From: Gemmatimonadales bacterium
GTDB lineage: Bacteria > Gemmatimonadota > Gemmatimonadetes > Gemmatimonadales > GWC2-71-9
Length of the DNA stretch: 64,000 nt
NCBI GenBank assembly: GCA_041615815.1
Contig: JBFJCP010000020.1
Coordinates: 28,270 to 92,269 of the forward strand
Direction of reading: 5' to 3'
Both the position numbers and the translations under genes were made by a program. The notes below the pieces were generated by a model. That model did not search any database. It was given only the letters and a program-made list of their open reading frames with translations, and was not told the origin of the DNA. Positions 9,547-20,704 of this stretch are shown piece after piece. How positions within the stretch are numbered: the stretch's first letter is position 1; each line of letters opens with the position of its first letter.

Positions 9547-10198
9547 GGTGCGCGAGCGGGTCATGGCGAAGAACGACGAGCTCGCGGCTGCTGTTCGTGC
9601 CCGGCTCGCCAAGCACGGAGTCCTGGCGTTCAATCTCGTATCCTCACCGGGGGCTGGGAAGACGCTCTTGCTCGAGCGTACACTCGAGCGTCTCGGGACC
9701 ACGGCGCGCATCGCCGTGATCACCGGCGACGTCCAGACTCACAACGACGCCGATCGGCTGGCACGGCGTACCGAGCGGCTGGTGCAGGCGGTGGTCACCG
9801 GCGGTGCCTGTCACCTCGATGCCCGCCAGGTGCTCACGGCGTTGGACGCTATTGATCTCGAGGACACCGATCTCGTGTTCGTCGAAAACGTGGGAAACCT
9901 GGTTTGCCCCGCGAGCTGGGACTTGGGGGAAACGGCCAAAGTCGTGATCTTTTCGGTGACCGAGGGCGAGGACAAGCCACTCAAGTATCCCAAGATGTTC
10001 CAGCAGTCCGCGTACGCCCTCCTGAACAAGATCGATCTCCTCCCCCACGTCCCGTTCGACGTGGATCGTGCTCTGGCATTCGCCCGTGAAATCAACCCCT
10101 CACTTCGCTTCTTCCGCACATCGGGATTGACGGGTGAAGGCATTGATGCATGGTGCGCGTTCCTCTCGAATCAGACTAGGCCCATGGTGGCATCATGA
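9527..10198 (+). CDS. hypB: Hydrogenase nickel incorporation GTPase HypB
   Basis: SSPGAGKT, GACHLDA, ENVGNLVCPA, EGEDKPLKYP, NKID. Confidence 0.97.
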   Translation: MAIRTIEVRERVMAKNDELAAAVRARLAKHGVLAFNLVSSPGAGKTLLLERTLERLGTTARIAVITGDVQTHNDADRLARRTERLVQAVVTGGACHLDARQVLTALDAIDLEDTDLVFVENVGNLVCPASWDLGETAKVVIFSVTEGEDKPLKYPKMFQQSAYALLNKIDLLPHVPFDVDRALAFAREINPSLRFFRTSGLTGEGIDAWCAFLSNQTRPMVAS

Positions 10199-12525
10199 CG
10201 ACGTTCGCCAACCTCGATGAGATCATGATCATGGGCGCGGATTGCGCGGCGCTTCGCGTGCATGTCCGTGGCGTCGTGCAAGGCGTCGGGTTTCGCCCAT
10301 ACGTTCACCGATTGGCCAATCGACACGCGGTGGGGGGATGGGTCAGAAACGAATCGGGCGAAGTGCAGCTTGCCATTCAGGGCGCGCCGGAGGCGTTGCT
10401 CGCATTCCTCCTCGATCTCCCCGCCGAGGCACCGCCGTTGGCGCGGATCGATTCCATGGAGATCGAGACTGATAGCGTCACCGATACGGCATCGTTCAGC
10501 ATCCTGACGTCGGCCGAGCGACCGGATGCGCGTCAGCCGGTCTCTCCGGACGTCGCCATGTGCCCAGCGTGCGAGAAGGAGTTGTCCGACCCGGAGGATC
10601 GCCGCTACCGCTACCCATTCATCACCTGTACCGATTGCGGGCCGCGCTATACCGTCATCGAGAGCATGCCATACGACCGGGTGCGCACGAGCATGCGGGC
10701 ATTTCCGCAGTGCGACGCGTGCGCGCGCGAGTACCACGACCCCGACGACCGCCGTTATCACTCGGAAACCAATAGCTGTTGGGCTTGTGGCCCCCGGGTG
10801 CACCTCGTCACTGCGGGCTCGCACGAGCCCGTGGCGTGCGATGGCGGGGCACTCGAGTCCGCGGCACGTCTCCTCCGACTCGGTCTCATCGTCGCCATAC
10901 GTGGTCTCGGCGGTTTCCATCTCGCGGTGGACGCCACGAGCGAGGCCGCGGTGGCTCGCTTGCGCCACCGCAAGCGCCGGGACGCGAAACCACTGGCCGT
11001 GATGGTGCGCACCGTGAGCGACGCACGCGCCATCGCCAAGGTGGGTCCGGCGGAGGCCTCGCTCCTCACGTCCCGGGAGCGCCCCATCGTCCTCCTCCCC
11101 CGCAAGCAGGGGAGCGGTCTCGCCCCCGCGGTGGCGCCGGGCCTGAGTGCCGTCGGCGTGATGACTGCGTACACCCCTTTGCACCATCGACTCGCTGAGC
11201 TCGTTGACCGGCCCCTCGTCATGACCAGCGGCAATCTCTGCGAGGAACCCATTGCCATCGCGAACGACGATGCGGCGGCGCGGCTCGGGAACGTGGCAGA
11301 TGCTTTTCTGCTGCACGATCGGGAGATCGTCTCCCGCTATGACGACTCGGTGGTCCGGGTGGTGGACGACGCACCGGTATTCCTCCGACGGGCCCGAGGA
11401 TTTGCGCCGTTACCCGTTCCGTTGCCGGTGGCAACACCGCTCCCCCTGATAGCCGTGGGACCGCACCTCAAGAACACGTTCACGCTGGCACAGGGACGCG
11501 ACGCTTACGTCAGTCAACATGTCGGGGACCTCGAGAACCTGGAGACACTAGAACACTTCCGGGATACACTCGATCGGTATCGACGGCTCTTTCGGATCGA
11601 TCCCCGCGTCGCCGTGCGGGATCTTCATCCGGGATATCTCTCCACGAGCATCGCCCAGGAGCTAGGGCTCGAGCGAGTCATCGCCGTGCAGCATCACCAC
11701 GCGCACCTCGCAGCCGTCGCGGCCGAGCACGGCGTGCGCGAATCCGTGGTGGGCGTGACGTATGACGGCACGGGATACGGGACCGACGGCTGTGTCTGGG
11801 GCGGGGAGATCCTCGTCGGGAATCTCGAGTCGTTTCACCGAGCGGCGCATCTTCGCTACGCCCCCCTGCCGGGTGGGGACGTCGCAGCCCGTCGCCCGTG
11901 GCGCGCGGCCCTCGGGTATCTCTCGCTCCAACCCGACGCATGGCCGGCATTTGCCCGAGCCTTCGACCGGGTGGCGTTGGCCGAGCGGAGCTTGGCACAG
12001 CAACAACTCGAGGTCGGGTTGAACACGCCCAAGGCCTCGTCGATGGGCCGCCTCTTCGATGCGGCCGCTGCCGTCTTGGGCGTACGGTGCGTGAGCCGTT
12101 ACGAAGGACAAGCGGCTATGGAGCTGGAAGCCCTCGCGGGCGAGCGGGCGGCCAAGCCGCTCCCCTTCCCCATCGTGCAGCTCGAGGACGGAAGCATCCA
12201 ACTCGATCCGGTCCCACTGCTGATCGCGCTCGGTGAGCGACGCGCCCGCGGTGAAGACCTGCATCTGCTGGCAGCACGCTTCCACGAGAGCATTGCGGCA
12301 GCAACAGCCGACGTCGTCATGCAGATCGGGTACCCCAAGGGATATCGCAGCGTCGTCCTCGGCGGGGGCGTATTCCAAAACGCACGGTTGCTACGGTCCA
12401 CGCGGCGCCGCCTCACCGATCGGGGCTTTCGTACGATGGTCCCCGTCCAGCTCAGTCCCAATGACGGTGCTATTAGCTATGGACAGGCCGCCGTGGCGGC
12501 CGCGCTCTTGGAACGCGAACGATGA
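10195..12525 (+). CDS. hypF: Carbamoyltransferase HypF
   Basis: GVVQGVGFRP acylphosphatase domain, two Zn fingers, QHHHAH, PNDGAISYGQ. Confidence 0.97.
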   Translation: MTTFANLDEIMIMGADCAALRVHVRGVVQGVGFRPYVHRLANRHAVGGWVRNESGEVQLAIQGAPEALLAFLLDLPAEAPPLARIDSMEIETDSVTDTASFSILTSAERPDARQPVSPDVAMCPACEKELSDPEDRRYRYPFITCTDCGPRYTVIESMPYDRVRTSMRAFPQCDACAREYHDPDDRRYHSETNSCWACGPRVHLVTAGSHEPVACDGGALESAARLLRLGLIVAIRGLGGFHLAVDATSEAAVARLRHRKRRDAKPLAVMVRTVSDARAIAKVGPAEASLLTSRERPIVLLPRKQGSGLAPAVAPGLSAVGVMTAYTPLHHRLAELVDRPLVMTSGNLCEEPIAIANDDAAARLGNVADAFLLHDREIVSRYDDSVVRVVDDAPVFLRRARGFAPLPVPLPVATPLPLIAVGPHLKNTFTLAQGRDAYVSQHVGDLENLETLEHFRDTLDRYRRLFRIDPRVAVRDLHPGYLSTSIAQELGLERVIAVQHHHAHLAAVAAEHGVRESVVGVTYDGTGYGTDGCVWGGEILVGNLESFHRAAHLRYAPLPGGDVAARRPWRAALGYLSLQPDAWPAFARAFDRVALAERSLAQQQLEVGLNTPKASSMGRLFDAAAAVLGVRCVSRYEGQAAMELEALAGERAAKPLPFPIVQLEDGSIQLDPVPLLIALGERRARGEDLHLLAARFHESIAAATADVVMQIGYPKGYRSVVLGGGVFQNARLLRSTRRRLTDRGFRTMVPVQLSPNDGAISYGQAAVAAALLERER

Positions 12526-12986
12526 GAGTCCCTTCCTCGCTGCAACACGAGCACGACGAGCTCCACACGGAGCTGCACGAACTCACCACGATGCCCGGGA
12601 GAATCGGTGAGGTCGCGAAACTGGTAGTGCGAATCCTCCAGCCGCACTTCGTGCGCGAGAACGATTACGCCACACCACCCCTCGGCCTCCTCGAGCGGCT
12701 CGCCAACGGCCGCTTTTCCCCCACGATGCGCGAGGTCCTCCCGCTGGTCGACCGACTGCGGGCCGAGCTTCCGCTCATGCACGACGAGCATCGAGCACTC
12801 ACCGGTGCGCTGGAAGCCCTCGCCGAAGCTGCGCGAGACACGAATCAACCGAGGATCGCGGAGTTCGCCGAACGCCTGATGCTCCATGCACGGATGGAGG
12901 AGGAAATCCTCTATCCGGCCGCGATCCTGGTGGGCGAGTATGTCCGGCTTCGCCTCGACGAGAAAGGTCCTGAGCCATGTGCCTAG
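12522..12986 (+). CDS. Hemerythrin-like (HHE) domain protein
   Basis: EHDELH, HFVREN, EHRAL, HARMEEEILYP pattern of HHE four-helix bundles. Confidence 0.75.
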   Translation: MRVPSSLQHEHDELHTELHELTTMPGRIGEVAKLVVRILQPHFVRENDYATPPLGLLERLANGRFSPTMREVLPLVDRLRAELPLMHDEHRALTGALEALAEAARDTNQPRIAEFAERLMLHARMEEEILYPAAILVGEYVRLRLDEKGPEPCA

Positions 12987-13276
12987 GTATTCCGGGACGC
13001 ATCGTGGAGATCCAAGAGCGGGACGGTTTGGCCACGGGCCTGGTGGACTTTGGTGGCGTGCGCCGCGAGGTGTGCCTCGCCTACGTCGCTGACGACGTCG
13101 AGGTAGGGGACTACGCGATAGTCCATGTAGGCTTTGCGATCTCCCTCGTGGACGAGGACGAAGCCCGGCGCACGTTCGAGATCCTCCAGGAAATGAGCCA
13201 GCTCGACGAGCTCGAGTGGATGCGCGAGATCGCTGAGCGAAGCCTCTCGGCCAGGCAGCCAGAGGTTACCCCATGA
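12977..13276 (+). CDS. hypC: Hydrogenase assembly chaperone HypC
   Basis: MCLGIPG, VHVGFAI. Confidence 0.97.
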   Translation: MCLGIPGRIVEIQERDGLATGLVDFGGVRREVCLAYVADDVEVGDYAIVHVGFAISLVDEDEARRTFEILQEMSQLDELEWMREIAERSLSARQPEVTP

Positions 13277-14388
13277 AGTATCTCAGCGAGTATCGTGATC
13301 CGGCGTTGGCTCGGACGCTCATCGAGCGCATCCGACACACGGCTACCCGGCGTTGGGTTTTGATGGAGGTGTGTGGTGGCCAGACACACACGATCGTGAA
13401 GCAGGGCATCAACCAGCTCCTCACGGAGCAGGTGGAGATGGTGCATGGTCCAGGATGTCCGGTGTGTGTGACACCCCTGGAGCAGATCGACCGGGCGCTG
13501 CACTTGGCAAAGGACGCGCGCGTCATTTTCACGTCGTTCGGTGATATGCTCCGGGTCCCGGGGAGTGAATGCGACCTGTTTCAGATTCGTGCGCGCGGGG
13601 GGGACGTCCGGGTCGTGTACTCACCGCTCGATGCCCTGGCGCTCGCTCGGCACCATCCGGATCGCGACGGCGTGTTCTTCGCGGTGGGGTTCGAGACGAC
13701 GGCTCCGGCCAACGCCATGGCCGTGTGGCAGGCGCACGTCCAAGGCGTCGAGAACTTCAGCATGTTGGTATCACACGTGACCGTGCCGCCTGCCATGGTC
13801 GCCATCCTCGAATCGCCGGACAACCGCGTGCAGGGATTCCTCGCGGCCGGACACGTCTGCACCGTGATGGGGTGGACGGAATACGAGCCGCTCGCGAAGC
13901 GCTACGAGGTGCCCATCGTCGTCACCGGATTCGAGCCGCTGGATATCCTGGAGGGCATCTACATGGCCGTGTGTCAGCTCGAGGACGGACGGCACGAGGT
14001 GGAGAATCAGTACGTGCGCTCCGTCCGACGCGATGGGAATCAGCCGGCTCAAGAACTCGTGACCCGCGTCTTCGAGCTCGTCGACCGGCCGTGGCGCGGC
14101 ATTGGCGTCATACCGGGGAGCGGCTTGCGCCTGCGGCCCGAGTTCTCGGCCTTCGACGCCGAGCGGAAGTTCGGCCTCGCGGGGATTCGCGCTGAAGAAC
14201 CGTCAGCGTGTCGCGCCGGGGATGTCCTGCGCGGGAAGCTCAAACCCTTCGAGTGCGCCGCGTTCGGCACGGCCTGCACGCCCGAACATCCGCTCGGGGC
14301 ACCCATGGTCTCGTCCGAGGGCGCGTGCGCCGCGTACTACAACTACGGCCGGATGCAGAGCGTGGTCTCCGAGGAGGTGAGCCCATGA
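13273..14388 (+). CDS. hypD: Hydrogenase formation protein HypD
   Basis: [33 protein letters not shown]. Confidence 0.98.
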   Translation: MKYLSEYRDPALARTLIERIRHTATRRWVLMEVCGGQTHTIVKQGINQLLTEQVEMVHGPGCPVCVTPLEQIDRALHLAKDARVIFTSFGDMLRVPGSECDLFQIRARGGDVRVVYSPLDALALARHHPDRDGVFFAVGFETTAPANAMAVWQAHVQGVENFSMLVSHVTVPPAMVAILESPDNRVQGFLAAGHVCTVMGWTEYEPLAKRYEVPIVVTGFEPLDILEGIYMAVCQLEDGRHEVENQYVRSVRRDGNQPAQELVTRVFELVDRPWRGIGVIPGSGLRLRPEFSAFDAERKFGLAGIRAEEPSACRAGDVLRGKLKPFECAAFGTACTPEHPLGAPMVSSEGACAAYYNYGRMQSVVSEEVSP

Positions 14389-15446
14389 CCAGTGCAACGA
14401 TTGCTGGCGGGCCGGTCTGCCCCACCCCAGTGACCGAGACGGAGCGCGTGCTCCTGGGTCACGGGTCCGGCGGGAAGATGAGTGCCCGCCTGGTGCGGGA
14501 CCGGTTTCTCTCCCGCTTCGCCAGCCCCACGCTGGAGTTGTTGGGTGACGGCGCCGTCGTGCGCCTCGGGGATGCCGAGCTGGTCGTCTCGACCGACACG
14601 TTCGTGGTGAGCCCTCTCGAGTTTCCGGGCGGGAACATTGGTTCGCTCGCCGTCCACGGGACCGTCAACGACGTCGCCATGATGGGCGCCGAGCCCAAGT
14701 ATCTCTCTGCCGGGTTCGTGCTGGAGGAAGGTCTGCTTCTGGATCTCCTCGATCGGATCGTCCACACGATGGCCAATGCCGCCGTCGCCGCCGGGGTGAC
14801 CCTGGTGGCCGGAGATACCAAGGTCGTGGAGCGAGGAAAAGCCGACGGCATGTACATCAATACCACGGGATTGGGCGCCGTGCGATCAGATTTTCGACCC
14901 GTCCCGACTGCGGCACGACCAGGGGACGCCGTCTTGGTGAGCGGCCCTCTCGGACGGCATGGCATCGCGGTCATGGCCGCCCGCAACGGCATCGCCTTCG
15001 AAACGACCATCGAGAGCGACTCGGCCGCCCTGAGCCCGCTCGTCGCGGCGCTCCACCAAAGTGTTGGGGCCGCCGTGCACGTCTTGCGCGATCCCACCCG
15101 CGGTGGGCTGGCGAGTGCCCTCAATGAGATCGCGGCCGCGGCGGGGGTGGGCATCGAGCTCGATGAAACCAGCGTCCCCGTGCCCGGCCCCGTCGAGGCG
15201 GTGTGCGAGATGCTCGGGTTCGATCCGCTCTACGTCGCCAACGAGGGGGTGCTGGTCGCTCTGGTGGAGGCCGAAGCGGCACCGCGGGCGTTGCGTGCTC
15301 TCCGCGCTCACCCGTTGGGCGCTGACGCAGCACAGATCGGGAAGGTGATCGATCGTCACCCCGGTATCGTTGCCATGAAGACCGCCATCGGGGGCTCCCG
15401 AGTCGTCGATATGCTGCCCGGCGACCAACTACCACGCATCTGCTGA
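14385..15446 (+). CDS. hypE: Hydrogenase formation protein HypE
   Basis: HGSGG, GDTKVV, DPTRGG, C-terminal PRIC. Confidence 0.98.
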   Translation: MTSATIAGGPVCPTPVTETERVLLGHGSGGKMSARLVRDRFLSRFASPTLELLGDGAVVRLGDAELVVSTDTFVVSPLEFPGGNIGSLAVHGTVNDVAMMGAEPKYLSAGFVLEEGLLLDLLDRIVHTMANAAVAAGVTLVAGDTKVVERGKADGMYINTTGLGAVRSDFRPVPTAARPGDAVLVSGPLGRHGIAVMAARNGIAFETTIESDSAALSPLVAALHQSVGAAVHVLRDPTRGGLASALNEIAAAAGVGIELDETSVPVPGPVEAVCEMLGFDPLYVANEGVLVALVEAEAAPRALRALRAHPLGADAAQIGKVIDRHPGIVAMKTAIGGSRVVDMLPGDQLPRIC

Positions 15447-15618
15447 GCCGGGCCCGCGGAGCTGCCATTTACCGCGGAGCAGTTCGTCGAAGGCTACTGA
15501 GCTTACCATCTCGGGGGCGACATCCGGGGGTACCGGTGTCGCAGGCAGGGACCGTCTGACCGCTTCGCTGCGCCAGGGGATCTGGCGACTCGCCGATCCC
15601 AAGATCTCCCTCGCATCC

Positions 15619-16461
15619 ATGGCTTCCATCTTCCTCGGCGTGTGCGCCGCCTGGCGAGACGGACCGGTCTCCTTGCTGTGGGTGAGCGTCACGGTCCTCG
15701 GGATCTTTGCGATCGAGGTCGCGAAGAACGCCTCTGGGGAAGTATTCGACTTCGAATCCGGGGCCGACCTCGGTATCGAGGAAGCCGACCGCAGTCCATT
15801 CTCTGGTGGAAAGCGCGTGCTGGTGGATGGGCTCCTCACGAAGCCACAAACGTGGGGAGTGGCCCTGACCGGTTACGCTGTCGGCCTAGGAGCAGGGATC
15901 GTCATTGTGCTCCTCCGAGAGCCTAGCGTGCTCTGGTTGGGCATGGCAGGCGTTGCCGTGGCATTCTTCTATCACGCACCGCCGCTCAAGCTCTCGTACC
16001 GGGGGCTCGGGGAGATAGGGGTGGGTCTCGCATACGGCCCTTTCATCTGCGGAGGTACCTATCTCGTGCAGCGTGGCAGCCTGCCACTAGAGATCGTGCT
16101 GCTCTCGATCCCCCTAGGCTTGCTCATCTCCGCATTCCTCTGGATCAACGAATTCCCGGACTGCACCGCGGACCAGGCGGCGGGAAAACGGAATCTGGTC
16201 GTGCGACTGGGACGCCGGCGTGCGAGCCGTTGGTTTGCGGGGATCTTGATCGCAGCGTTCGGGTTGCTCGCGGCGGCGGTGGCGTTCGGCCTCCCGCCGT
16301 GGGTATTGCTCGGTGGCATGGCCTTGGTCCCCGCAATCCAGGCCGCGTGGATCGTCCTCCGGCATCCAGAGACGACGTCCGCCATCATCCCGGCGCAAGC
16401 GGCCACCTTGCTCGCCTTTCTCTTGATGGCGTTCGGGTCTGGCGTGGGGGTCCTGCTCTAA
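15619..16461 (+). CDS. menA: MenA/UbiA-family prenyltransferase
   Basis: NxxxDxxxGAD and NEFPDxxAD..AGKRNL Asp-rich motifs, PPLKLSYRGLGE; homology extends upstream of this ATG (see findings). Confidence 0.8.
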   Translation: MASIFLGVCAAWRDGPVSLLWVSVTVLGIFAIEVAKNASGEVFDFESGADLGIEEADRSPFSGGKRVLVDGLLTKPQTWGVALTGYAVGLGAGIVIVLLREPSVLWLGMAGVAVAFFYHAPPLKLSYRGLGEIGVGLAYGPFICGGTYLVQRGSLPLEIVLLSIPLGLLISAFLWINEFPDCTADQAAGKRNLVVRLGRRRASRWFAGILIAAFGLLAAAVAFGLPPWVLLGGMALVPAIQAAWIVLRHPETTSAIIPAQAATLLAFLLMAFGSGVGVLL

Positions 16462-16481
16462 TCGATGAGGCGTGCCGATTG

Positions 16482-17504
16482 TCAGTCGAAGAGCCGGCGG
16501 ATGCTCTCCTGATACGGAGGACGCACGACACCTCGGTCCGTCACGATGGCCGCGATGATCTCTGCCGGCGTCACGTCGAAGGCGGGATTGTGCACGGCCG
16601 CCCCCGGCGCCGCGTCGACCTCCGCAGCGGAGCGTTCTTCGATGGGAATGGTTGCACCCGACGCTAGGGAGAGATCGAACGTACTGCGAGGTGCGGCAAC
16701 GTAGAACGGAATGTCATGAACGTTGGCGAGGACCGCGAGCGCATAGGTACCGATCTTGTTCGCGACATCGCCGTTGGCGGCAATGCGGTCCGCGCCCGTG
16801 ATCACCAAGTCGATCGCCTTTCGGGCCATGACGGAAGCAGCGGCGCTGTCGACGATGGATGTCACCGGCACTCCCGCCTTGCTCAGCTCCCACGCCGTGA
16901 GTCGCGCACCCTGGCGGAGTGGGCGGGTCTCGGTCGACACTACCTTGATGCCCTTGCCTTGTTCGTGGGCGGTGTACAACGCCGCGACCGCGGTTCCGAT
17001 CCCGCCCGTCGCCAATGCACCGGCGTTACAGTGGGTGAGCACGGTGGCGCCTTGGGGAATCAGCGCAGCGCCGGCGTCGCCCATGGCCCGACACATCTCG
17101 GCGTCTTCATCCCAAATGCGCTGCGCCTCGAGGCGGAGCGCTCGGGCAACGGCGGCCTGATCAGTGGCGTCTGCAAATGCCTGGGCGGCGACATGACGCA
17201 TGCGGTTCACCGCCCAGACCAGATTCACGGCCGTGGGACGGGCTTGCGCCATCCGGCCCGCCGCCTCGTCGAACCACGCTACGTTCAGCCCGCCGTCCGC
17301 CGCCTGGCGGGCCGCCGCCGCCGCCAGCCCCATGGCCGCGGAGATGCCAATCAGGGGCGCGCCACGGACGCGGAGCGCCTTGATGGCTTCGATCATGTCA
17401 TCAATCGAGTGCACTTCGCGGTGGACCTCCTGACGGGGCAAGAGGGTTTGATCGAGGAACCGTACCGCGCCGCTGGGAGACCATCCGATGATGTCGAGAT
17501 TCAT
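16482..17504 (-). CDS. mtnA: S-methyl-5-thioribose-1-phosphate isomerase
   Basis: LDQTLLP, VRGAP, RPTAVNL, THCNAGALAT, GADRIAANGDVANKIGT. Confidence 0.96.
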   Translation of the reverse strand: MNLDIIGWSPSGAVRFLDQTLLPRQEVHREVHSIDDMIEAIKALRVRGAPLIGISAAMGLAAAAARQAADGGLNVAWFDEAAGRMAQARPTAVNLVWAVNRMRHVAAQAFADATDQAAVARALRLEAQRIWDEDAEMCRAMGDAGAALIPQGATVLTHCNAGALATGGIGTAVAALYTAHEQGKGIKVVSTETRPLRQGARLTAWELSKAGVPVTSIVDSAAASVMARKAIDLVITGADRIAANGDVANKIGTYALAVLANVHDIPFYVAAPRSTFDLSLASGATIPIEERSAAEVDAAPGAAVHNPAFDVTPAEIIAAIVTDRGVVRPPYQESIRRLFD

Positions 17505-17627
17505 GAGGCTCAAGTTACAGCAGGAGCTATGCCGGGGAAACACGGTCGAGCGCTTTCCCCCGGAAGCGCTTCCAGACGCCATATTGCAGGGGTGCACGCG
17601 CGGTCTCCCCGCCTCCGAGAGGTAAAC

Positions 17628-18020
17628 ATGCGCACTTGGCTGGTCCTCGCTCTGCTCGCTACCTGGCTCCCGATCTTCGTGAGCGCGTGTGGGTCCTCCC
17701 AAGGGGAGGACGAGACCCCAGACGTGATTCCGGTCGTGTTACCGTCCCGCGTGTACGTCACGAACAACAACCAACTCGATATTCGAGTTTTCGCGTTCGA
17801 CAACACACAGTCGATCCCGTTGGGCGGCGTGGCGAGCTTCACTACCGAGAGCTTCGAGCTTCCGCGAACCATCGTCGGCCGCGGCCGAGTCCGGATCGCG
17901 GCGGATCCCATCGGGAGCACGACCGCTTACATCACACCTGTGATCAACTTTTCACCAGGACAGGATATCGAAGTGATCGTGCAGAACAACCTACAACTGT
18001 CCACATATTCGCTGCGGTGA
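17628..18020 (+). CDS. Hypothetical lipoprotein
   Basis: GAGAGG SD, signal peptide ending VSA-C, beta-rich domain. Confidence 0.7.
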   Translation: MRTWLVLALLATWLPIFVSACGSSQGEDETPDVIPVVLPSRVYVTNNNQLDIRVFAFDNTQSIPLGGVASFTTESFELPRTIVGRGRVRIAADPIGSTTAYITPVINFSPGQDIEVIVQNNLQLSTYSLR

Positions 18021-18042
18021 GATCGGGTGGTGAGGCCGCCGA

Positions 18043-18822
18043 TCAGGCATTCAACGCCGCGAGCACGTCCCCGTGGATCGTGGCGCTGGCCGCGACACAG
18101 GACGTCGCCGTGACGGCGCTTTCGCCCGACCAACCGGTGATGGTGCCACCAGCGCCCTCTATTATAGGAATAAGCGGCAGGAGGTCCCACGGATTCATGA
18201 TGGGATCGAGCATGACGTCGGCGCCGCCCGATACCAACAGCACATAGCCGTAGCAGTCGCCCCACGTGCGCAGGAGCCGGGTCTTGCGTCGCAAGCCGTC
18301 GAACCCCTCCCACCGCTGGTGCCGCTCGACATTGCCGAGGTCGGTCGTGAGCACGACCGCATCCGCCAGTTGCTTCACCGGTCGGATTCGCGTAGGCGCG
18401 TCGTCGAGTCGCGTCTCGCGGCTCGTGCCCACACACAGCCGGCCGAGTATGGGGAGGTGAACGACCCCGAGGATGGGGTGACCCTCGCGGAGGAGTCCAA
18501 TCAAGGTACCGAACAGCGGACAGCCCATCGTGAACGAGACCGTTCCGTCGATCGGGTCGAGAACCCAGACGAATTCGGCCTGTTCTCTTTCCCGGCCCAA
18601 CTCTTCACCCACGATGCCGTGGTCCGGGTAGCGCTTCCGGATCAGGGCCCGCATGACCTCTTCCGCTCGGCGGTCCGCCTCCGTGACGGGTGATGCATCC
18701 GTCTTCTCGTCCACACGCAGGTCCGGACGCCCATAATACCCCCGGATGATTGCCGAGCTCTCCGCCACCAGCGATCCCACGAAGTCGTGCATGTCCGGTG
18801 GCACCACCCCTGGAGCCGTCAT
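18043..18822 (-). CDS. hisN: Inositol monophosphatase family, histidinol-phosphate phosphatase HisN-like
   Basis: [26 protein letters not shown] motifs. Confidence 0.85.
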   Translation of the reverse strand: MTAPGVVPPDMHDFVGSLVAESSAIIRGYYGRPDLRVDEKTDASPVTEADRRAEEVMRALIRKRYPDHGIVGEELGREREQAEFVWVLDPIDGTVSFTMGCPLFGTLIGLLREGHPILGVVHLPILGRLCVGTSRETRLDDAPTRIRPVKQLADAVVLTTDLGNVERHQRWEGFDGLRRKTRLLRTWGDCYGYVLLVSGGADVMLDPIMNPWDLLPLIPIIEGAGGTITGWSGESAVTATSCVAASATIHGDVLAALNA

Positions 18823-19289
18823 GCAAGCGCCTCGGTGGAACCCAGCAAGTGCCGCCGCACGGCCTCTTGGCGGTACCGGAAAATGCGCTCCACCTGTCGA
18901 CGAACGAAAGGATGCGCGATGTGGCCAATGAGCCCGAATGGTATTCGATAGCGAACTTCATCCTCGATCACGGTCTCACCATTGGCCTCGTAGAACCGGT
19001 GGGTATGGATCCACTCGGCATAGGGTCCCTTGACCTGCTCGTCGACGAAGAGCTTCGGGGGATCCCACCGTGAAATCCGTGTACGCCAACGCATCGGGAG
19101 ACCGTAGAGGCGAATAGTGTAGTCGATGAGCGTTCCCTCCGCGATCTCGATCGGTGGGGGCGTGAGAATCTTGAAATGGAGCTCTGGCGGCGTGATTCGG
19201 CCGAGGTTGTCGGCATTCGCGAAGAAGGGAAACACGGTGCGCAGGGGAAGGGGCACTCGCATAGCGGTTTCGAAGCGATGCTGTCTCAT
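18819..19289 (-). CDS. SRPBCC family protein
   Basis: [26 protein letters not shown]. Confidence 0.85.
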   Translation of the reverse strand: MRQHRFETAMRVPLPLRTVFPFFANADNLGRITPPELHFKILTPPPIEIAEGTLIDYTIRLYGLPMRWRTRISRWDPPKLFVDEQVKGPYAEWIHTHRFYEANGETVIEDEVRYRIPFGLIGHIAHPFVRRQVERIFRYRQEAVRRHLLGSTEALA

Positions 19290-19293
19290 CCCG

Positions 19294-19812
19294 CTAGCGC
19301 ACCAACAAGACGATGGCGAGGAGGGGCAGTGTCACACCGGCGACGAGGACGAGGCCCAGGAGCCCAAGGACGCCCAGCAACGCCCGGCGACTCGCTCTCC
19401 GAGTCTCGGACGGATGGGCCAGATGTTGTTCGAGTAGGGCCACGTTTCTGATGTTGGCTCTCCACCCCACGTCGAAGAGGTCACCTAGAGCGGGCACCGA
19501 TCCCAGGAGGACATCGAGGGCGATGTTGCCCAACATGCGCAGCAGTGTGGATGCCGATACACCGAGGCGCCACGCCTCGATCACGATGTACCCGGACGCA
19601 AGCCCGCTGAGGACGTCGCCCCAACCTGGGACCAACCCTACCACCGCATCCAACCCCACGCGGAAGCGCGTGAACGGAATCTCGAACGCCGCGTCGAGCA
19701 GCCGGGCAAGCGCCTCGAGCCGACGGAGTCGGGCGGGGATATGCCCCTCGCTTCCCTGGTGGTTAGCCGGTGACTGGACGGTGCTGGGCCCAGCATCGCT
19801 TGCGGCGATCAT
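19294..19812 (-). CDS. DUF4112 family membrane protein
   Basis: [39 protein letters not shown]. Confidence 0.85.
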   Translation of the reverse strand: MIAASDAGPSTVQSPANHQGSEGHIPARLRRLEALARLLDAAFEIPFTRFRVGLDAVVGLVPGWGDVLSGLASGYIVIEAWRLGVSASTLLRMLGNIALDVLLGSVPALGDLFDVGWRANIRNVALLEQHLAHPSETRRASRRALLGVLGLLGLVLVAGVTLPLLAIVLLVR

Positions 19813-20058
19813 GGTCGAGCGTCCCCGCGATCGTACGTGAACGTGGATGAGCTAGACAAGTTGGCCTGGCAGGACGATGAGGCCAAGAGGCCAGTTCCGC
19901 AGGTTGGTGTCAATGTGCTTGGGACCGAATCTGGACCGCTGAAGGACGTGACCGGGTGCATCCACACATCGCGATGCGCAAGAAAACGCCGCCATCACCG
20001 AGACCAACCGCCCGACGACAGCTCGCGCCTTGTCACCTGCGACGCACACGGGTGAGGC

Positions 20059-20703
20059 TCACCGGCCCCTGTCGAGCGAATCTCCCAGGACGGTGACCAG
20101 TGAATCAGGCGCGGGGCGAGGTTCCGCGAATCCGTCCTCCTCCCACGATCTGACGAACAACGAATCTGCAGCGCGGTCCACTAGGTCGTCGTCGGTCCAG
20201 AATACCCGCTTCCGCTGCACGAGATCGCGCACGCCATCACCGGTCACATCCACGAGCGCCGAGCGAATGACGACCTGCCCCGACCCGGTGGAGTAGTTAT
20301 CCGCGACTCTCACCGGTGGCGCCAGCGCCTGGTCCTCGGAGAGCACAAACAGATCGATGGCGGACGTCGCGTAGGGACCAGGCACCCGTAGCAGATAGCC
20401 ACGACGCGCGCGGCCGAGGTTCACCGTGAACGTCGCGTAGAAGCCTCCCCGCACCGCCCGCGGATAGAACGGGCGAAGCTCGGGGTCAAACGTGGCCGGT
20501 AGTCGTGTACCCCAGAACGAGTCCGCGGGACTCACGGGTGAGCGGACGTGAATCTCGTCTCCCTCCCAGACGACCGACAGGCGATCCAGTTCACCGACGA
20601 GGCCGGCTGAGCTTTCATCCGCTCCGCTGCAGCCGGCGAAAACGATCACAAGGCCGAACGCGCGGCACCATCGAGAGCGGCCAGTCCGCGATGAGCTCAA
20701 CAT
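20059..20703 (-). CDS. Hypothetical lipoprotein
   Basis: Signal peptide with FAG-C lipobox; a DVTGDG calcium-blade-like motif. Confidence 0.6.
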   Translation of the reverse strand: MLSSSRTGRSRWCRAFGLVIVFAGCSGADESSAGLVGELDRLSVVWEGDEIHVRSPVSPADSFWGTRLPATFDPELRPFYPRAVRGGFYATFTVNLGRARRGYLLRVPGPYATSAIDLFVLSEDQALAPPVRVADNYSTGSGQVVIRSALVDVTGDGVRDLVQRKRVFWTDDDLVDRAADSLFVRSWEEDGFAEPRPAPDSLVTVLGDSLDRGR

Positions 20704-20704
20704 G

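Noticed and set aside
19852..20049. 65-aa ORF or fluoride riboswitch-like GGTGATGG
   Set aside because: No SD or motif; the remaining riboswitch consensus is absent
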